Below, piece by piece: positions 60,132 to 64,000 of a DNA stretch of 64,000 nucleotides. The position numbers were made by a program, and so were the translations under genes. Positions within the stretch are counted from its first letter, which is position 1. Each line of letters opens with the position of its first letter. A model generated the notes under the pieces. That model did no database searches. It saw only the letters and a program-made list of their open reading frames with translations, and was not told where the DNA came from. The stretch is from positions 32,001 through 96,000 of IMG/VR virus record IMGVR_UViG_3300033073_001153. One strand, given 5' to 3'. This DNA is from a virus (lineage: Duplodnaviria; Caudoviricetes).

Positions 60132-60170
60132 ACTAAAAACCACGCCCCCTACACCGTATTGTGTAGGGGG
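60132..60170 (-). repeat. Repeated hairpin/terminator, copy 1
   Basis: 39-nt near-exact repeat of 60500-60538; CCCCCTACAC stem. Confidence 0.75.
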
Positions 60171-60182
60171 AGTTTATGTGAT

Positions 60183-60434
60183 TTATTCAAGTGGGGAAGG
60201 ATAACCCGCTTCAACCATAAGCGGATTCCATTTATTGTACACCCTTGCTTCTAAGGGCGTACAATTGACCGTAATATCAGTATTCATCCCACTCGCTTGT
60301 TGGCGAGTGGTAATTTGTATCTCCCCCTCTGCGCGTTCCTGAGGGGTACAATCTCCCCAAACTGCCGGAATCCACATTTTGATTTTATTTTGGAATGCGT
60401 ATTCAACAGCATTTAGATTTAGATGATTCGACAT
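60183..60434 (-). CDS. Hypothetical early protein
   Basis: ORF flanked by conserved leader and hairpin. Confidence 0.6.
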   Translation of the reverse strand: MSNHLNLNAVEYAFQNKIKMWIPAVWGDCTPQERAEGEIQITTRQQASGMNTDITVNCTPLEARVYNKWNPLMVEAGYPSPLE

Positions 60435-60499
60435 AATTTTTGTTTTCTTTTTAGAATCTGATTGCCAACGCTTTAACCATTAAAACGCTGGCGACAAAT

Positions 60500-60538
60500 A
60501 CTAAAAACCACGCCCCCTACACCGGATTGTGTAGGGGG
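60500..60538 (-). repeat. Repeated hairpin/terminator, copy 2
   Basis: See copy 1; related third copy at 61993-62024. Confidence 0.75.
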
Positions 60539-60550
60539 TTGAATTGGAGA

Positions 60551-60898
60551 TTAGCAGACCATCTCGTCTTGTCTCCGGACTTCTCTAAGTCCCCGTTCCA
60601 TGAGGTTCTCAGCGAGGAACTTCCGGAACTGAGCATCAGTGATTTCCTGAGTGTTCGTCCAGAGACCGATTCTGCGTTTAATGTCTGCCAGCGAGACCAT
60701 TCCGGAGTCCGGAGTCCCGCGCAAACGGTGAACTGCGAAGTACCTCTGAGCGTACTGTTTCCAGTTTTTTTCAGTGATTGAACGCAACTGAACATCAATG
60801 GAATTCCAGATAAGGTGCTCAGTCTTAGACCACTCTGCATTATCGGAGTGGAGTTCCTTCCAGTTTGCGACTTTGCCGAATTCGAAGTTGAGTGACAT
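60551..60898 (-). CDS. Hypothetical early protein
   Basis: MSLNF...ITEKN...RRIGLWTN; A-rich leader. Confidence 0.7.
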   Translation of the reverse strand: MSLNFEFGKVANWKELHSDNAEWSKTEHLIWNSIDVQLRSITEKNWKQYAQRYFAVHRLRGTPDSGMVSLADIKRRIGLWTNTQEITDAQFRKFLAENLMERGLREVRRQDEMVC

Positions 60899-60979
60899 AT
60901 CTTTTTTATTTTGTAGGATTTGGGTTTCAACGCTCCGGTCTCGGCATCCCTACTTCGGGGCCGCGAAACGCTGAGGACA

Positions 60980-61366
60980 AACCCTAGTGCTAGGAAACTT
61001 AACCTAGCGGATTGTCTTTAAGCTACTTACGAAAATGTAAGTGGAGACCGGAAACGCAAGTGCCGTTAGCACCGGAACCGTCCCGAGTTCTTGACCATAC
61101 AAGGCAATCCCTTCCGCAATGGATACTTTGATCCGAATTGGAAAGGCAACGCTGACTAACTCCTTAAAAGTCAGCATTCTATGGCACATATCATTCCTCT
61201 GTTAAAGGTGTAGGCAAATGTGCAGCCCCCAGTTTTCCGTTACGGTCGTCTGGTGACCGGAGCCGCTAGCCCTGACTCAGGGGTCCGGTTGCCACCGGAA
61301 AACGCTTGTCGCACGTCCTACGCTGGGGAGACCTCCCAGAACCCAGACCAGCGGAACTCGCTGGCC
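60980..61366 (-). ncRNA. Candidate large structured RNA/leader
   Basis: Many short hairpins, no convincing ORF, sigma28-like promoter at 61374-61400. Confidence 0.5.
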
Positions 61367-61373
61367 TACCCTG

Positions 61374-61400
61374 TATTCGGCATCCTACAGAATCCCTTAA
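61374..61400 (-). promoter_or_regulatory. Sigma28-like promoter
   Basis: TTAA-N15-GCCGAATA. Confidence 0.55.
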
Positions 61401-61683
61401 ATGATTTTTTTATCATTTTTGTAAGTGCCTTTCTTTCGAAAGTTTACAAAGCAAAAAGATTTTCAAAGCCCTCTTCCGGTAGGGTCTTAAATAGTACCGG
61501 AGAGACTCACCGGAAACGCCCCGTAATTGAGCGGAAACGGCAATCCTAGGCCCGTTCGCTCGCCGGTAAGGTGAGTATAGCGGACAACCTAGAAACCCCC
61601 CTAGAATCGCCTTTAAACGCAAAAGTCTTGTAAGTGTCTATATTCTCGATACTTACGAAAGATAAAAAAAGTTTCGGATAGGC

Positions 61684-61885
61684 TTGACAAGGTAGGGTAG
61701 TGCCAGACTAACCTATCGGCGGGGGGAGGGTCTGTCTGGGTACTTTTTCTATGTAAAAACAGGGGTTGACAAAGTAAACAATTCTTTATTAACCTATCGG
61801 CGGGGGGAGGGTCTAAGGTTTCCCTAGCATCGCAAAAAGGGGGCTTGACAAGTGTGGTAGACTAAGAGGGAGGGGGGAGGGAGAA
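61684..61885. repeat. Three ~80-bp units with TTGACA and G-tracts
   Basis: Exact 25-nt repeat TAACCTATCGGCGGGGGGAGGGTCT at 61709 and 61790; TTGACA at 61684, 61766, 61845. Confidence 0.75.
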
Positions 61886-62041
61886 GGGTTTTTATTTATA
61901 TTCTATAAGTTATGCTTATAGAGCATAATGAATATAAGGTATGCTTATAGAGTATAATGAATGTTCTGTATGTTCCATGTGGAACAAAAGAGAACCCCCT
62001 ACACTCCGTAGAATGTAGGGGGTTGGGGGAACCGGACTCTG

Positions 62042-62338
62042 TTACTTGTCCAGAGCCACAAAGATGTTCCGGTCTTGTAGGGTTCGGATTTTTTCGAAAA
62101 GGCTTTCGATTTCTGGTGCTGCCATGTTCCAACTTTCTTCTTGGAGAATGTTCCGTATAGCCTTTTTGAATTCATCTGGATGAAAGTATGTTCCTTTCAT
62201 AACGCCTCCAAATGTGTATTCGCAATACTCATTGAATACGTCATCAAGACGAACTCCATCAGCACATTTGATAGTGCAGGGAATGAGAGAAGAAAAAGGA
62301 TAGAAGGTCATAGACTGGACGAGGTTTTCTTGGATCAT
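62042..62338 (-). CDS. Hypothetical early protein
   Basis: Own promoter and downstream hairpin. Confidence 0.65.
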   Translation of the reverse strand: MIQENLVQSMTFYPFSSLIPCTIKCADGVRLDDVFNEYCEYTFGGVMKGTYFHPDEFKKAIRNILQEESWNMAAPEIESLFEKIRTLQDRNIFVALDK

Positions 62339-62373
62339 AATGTTAGGAGTTGAGGTTTACGCTGACACTATCT

Positions 62374-62402
62374 TTATCGGCAGAGTGTAGGGAATACTTT
62401 AG
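62374..62402 (-). promoter_or_regulatory. Sigma28-like promoter
   Basis: CTAAAG...GCCGATAA (TAAA-N16-GCCGATAA). Confidence 0.65.
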
Positions 62403-62556
62403 AACTTTTTTGTGTTTTTGTGCGCTGAGTTTGTGGGTAGGAGTCCTACGTTTTTGGGAGCGAGCGGGACTTTTTTGTTTGACTCGTGACTTTGTGATAA
62501 AAAAACGAATATGTTATAAATTCATTTTTAATAGAGGAATGAAAAAAGTATTGAAG

Positions 62557-62781
62557 TTATGAGCATGATGTGAATTCCACCTTTGCCTCGAAGCATTCTA
62601 TGTCTCTCCAGTCTTCCTCTTTTATGTCTAGAGGATCGCCTACTAATTCAGCCAGAGACTCTCCGGTTGTGTAGGTCTTTACGAGTCTCCAGACGGTGTT
62701 TGTGGAGGGGTGAAAAGAGAATCCTCTTTTCGTAAAATACGAAGAGGGCTTGACAATTTGTGTGATGTACTTCTCTTTCAT
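62557..62781 (-). CDS. Hypothetical early protein
   Basis: ORF directly after a hairpin and T-tract. Confidence 0.5.
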   Translation of the reverse strand: MKEKYITQIVKPSSYFTKRGFSFHPSTNTVWRLVKTYTTGESLAELVGDPLDIKEEDWRDIECFEAKVEFTSCS

Positions 62782-62829
62782 AAAAAAAGGAACACAAGGT
62801 ACGGTCGGGGGTTGCCGTACCTTGTGTTT
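62782..62829 (-). terminator. Rho-independent terminator
   Basis: AACACAAGGTACGG...CCGTACCTTGTGTT followed by CC-T7. Confidence 0.7.
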
Positions 62830-62841
62830 GTGGGGGAGAGG

Positions 62842-63270
62842 TTAGACCGTTTCCAGATCCATGTTGAGGATCAGATTCGAAGCGGTGAAGGCGGCGGTGT
62901 CCCGCTCCTCTTCGGATTCGGCGGAAGTGAACTTTTCCAGAACTTCCTTGAGGAAATTGTAGTCCTCATTTTCAGAAGTCGGCGCATTTTCGTTCACCTC
63001 GAATTCGGTAAACTCCACTTCGTTCAGGATGTCTTCCGATACCACTTCTGATGCCACTTCTCCTTCGAGAGGGGCAAATGTGCTCTCCAGCTCCGCGACT
63101 AACTTAGACAGGTTGTTGCGGAGCGTCAGGTGATTCCCGACGTGCTTCACCGGAACGCATCCGGCCTTGAGGAGGTTGAACGTGTGCTTCTTTGACTCCT
63201 TTTCATAGGAGGAAACGATTTGAATGTCGCCAATGGAGAGAGTGCCGTTTTCGTTTTTGGTGATGCTCAT
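62842..63270 (-). CDS. Acidic hypothetical early protein
   Basis: Preceded by the promoter/T-loop hairpin cassette. Confidence 0.7.
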   Translation of the reverse strand: MSITKNENGTLSIGDIQIVSSYEKESKKHTFNLLKAGCVPVKHVGNHLTLRNNLSKLVAELESTFAPLEGEVASEVVSEDILNEVEFTEFEVNENAPTSENEDYNFLKEVLEKFTSAESEEERDTAAFTASNLILNMDLETV

Positions 63271-63299
63271 ATGATTTTTTGTTTTTGGGTTTCTGAGTT

Positions 63300-63364
63300 G
63301 TGAACCGGAAGGGATCGAACCTTCCGGTATTATTGTAGTCGGCAGAGTGTAGAGGATTCTTTAG
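63300..63364 (-). promoter_or_regulatory. Sigma28-like promoter plus T-loop hairpin cassette 1
   Basis: CTAAAG..GCCGACTA-N7-ACCGGAAGG-TTCGATC-CCTTCCGGT-TCAC. Confidence 0.7.
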
Positions 63365-63371
63365 AATTTTT

Positions 63372-63668
63372 TTAGACTAGTTCTGCTTCTTCCTCTGATT
63401 CTTCGTAGTAGTGTTTGGCAATTTCTTCGAAGTCAACCTCATTCAAGTACTCGTCAACAATTTCACGAACGAAGCCACTTGCCTTGAGGTTGTCAAGCTC
63501 AAGCTCAAAAACAACGTTCTCGAATGCTTCTGCCATGTGTTTGACGCTGTTAAACACTATTCCGTGTTTTTTCTCTTCGGCCATGCTGTGGAAAATTTCT
63601 TCGAATCGGGAATAGATTACCCACGTTTGTTTGTTCGACCATCCGTTGTATGTAGTAGGAGCGTTCAT
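63372..63668 (-). CDS. Acidic hypothetical early protein
   Basis: YNGWSN..TW and V(D/N)F.EIA motifs common in phage early proteins. Confidence 0.7.
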   Translation of the reverse strand: MNAPTTYNGWSNKQTWVIYSRFEEIFHSMAEEKKHGIVFNSVKHMAEAFENVVFELELDNLKASGFVREIVDEYLNEVDFEEIAKHYYEESEEEAELV

Positions 63669-63691
63669 GTTATTTTTGGTTTGGGGTTCCG

Positions 63692-63756
63692 GTGAACCGG
63701 AAGGGATCGAACCTTCCGGTATTATTGTAGTCGGTTGTTTCTCGGCGGGACTTTAG
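63692..63756 (-). promoter_or_regulatory. Sigma28-like promoter plus T-loop hairpin cassette 2
   Basis: CTAAAG..ACCGACTA-N7-identical hairpin. Confidence 0.7.
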
Positions 63757-63911
63757 AACTTTTTTGTAGAACCTGACATTTCCAGAAGAACTAGTGCCAA
63801 TCGCTCGGCAATTTGTTTCTTGACTTCATCAGTGATTCCTTCCTCAAGCGATACGCCTAATGCCCGTGCCATATCGACAACTTGCTCTTCAGTGAATTTT
63901 TCGGTTTCCAT
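63753..63911 (-). CDS. 52-aa hypothetical early protein (not in ORF track)
   Basis: METEKFTEEQVVDMARALGVSLEEGITDEVKKQIAERLALVLLEMSGSTKKF, between two cassettes. Confidence 0.65.
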   Translation of the reverse strand: METEKFTEEQVVDMARALGVSLEEGITDEVKKQIAERLALVLLEMSGSTKKF

Positions 63912-63932
63912 AATGTTCTAAGGTTTCTGAGT

Positions 63933-63996
63933 GTGAACCGGAAGGGATCGAACCTTCCGGTATTATACTAATCGGTCAGGAATACTTTTTCTTTAG
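63933..63996 (-). promoter_or_regulatory. Sigma28-like promoter plus T-loop hairpin cassette 3
   Basis: CTAAAG..ACCGATTA (N15 spacer)-N7-identical hairpin. Confidence 0.7.
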
Positions 63997-64000
63997 CGGT

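Noticed and set aside
61042-61230. tmRNA (GGGGGCTG...CGGTCTCCA acceptor-like stem with G3-U)
   Set aside because: Only ~190 nt, no T-loop before the 3' strand, no CCA and no tag reading frame recognised
57807-63695. Plus-strand and alternate-frame ORFs in the GC-rich region, and short antisense ORFs elsewhere
   Set aside because: Shadows of better-supported genes or of structured non-coding DNA; no motifs or leaders
63300-63966. CRISPR array or tRNA genes from the 34-nt repeats with GGTTCGATCCC
   Set aside because: Spacing is 240-390 nt with ORFs in between; no D-arm, anticodon arm or CCA; no cas genes
1-64000. Alternative genetic code (stop codon reassignment)
   Set aside because: Conserved genes are full length in code 11, and TAG/TGA end genes at expected positions (e.g. 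gp15 and gp13 end in TAG)

Overview
A 64-kb segment of a large T4-like (myovirus) phage genome. Bases 1-57.6 kb are strongly AT-rich and densely coding. They hold scrambled T4-type morphogenesis genes (gp15, intein-containing gp20 portal, gp13, gp4, gp21, gp22, gp23, split gp5) and nucleotide metabolism genes (intein-containing ThyX, NrdAB, Nudix, kinase). They also hold PhoH, a ClpP-like protease, a GroES-like protein, a DinG-like helicase, a 13-gene sugar-nucleotide/glycosyltransferase cluster (RfbB, Gmd, ColD-like, fucosyltransferase families) and a DUF1501 protein pointing to a PVC-superphylum host. From ~57.65 kb the sequence switches abruptly to a more GC-rich, minus-strand, presumably early region with small ORFs, a UvrD-like helicase and much structured non-coding DNA. 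Main signals: (1) many late genes start exactly 5 nt after a TAAATA box, implying leaderless late mRNAs; (2) early genes have sigma28/FliA-like promoters followed by identical T-loop hairpins, covarying leader structures and a ~400-nt structured RNA candidate; (3) about 18 unrelated proteins, including three ADP-ribosyltransferase-like ones, share short N-terminal leaders resembling capsid-targeting sequences; (4) CCWGG appears to be avoided throughout; (5) there are candidate PAS-domain holin and unimolecular spanin genes. All calls come from reading the sequence by eye; no database searches or folding programs were run.
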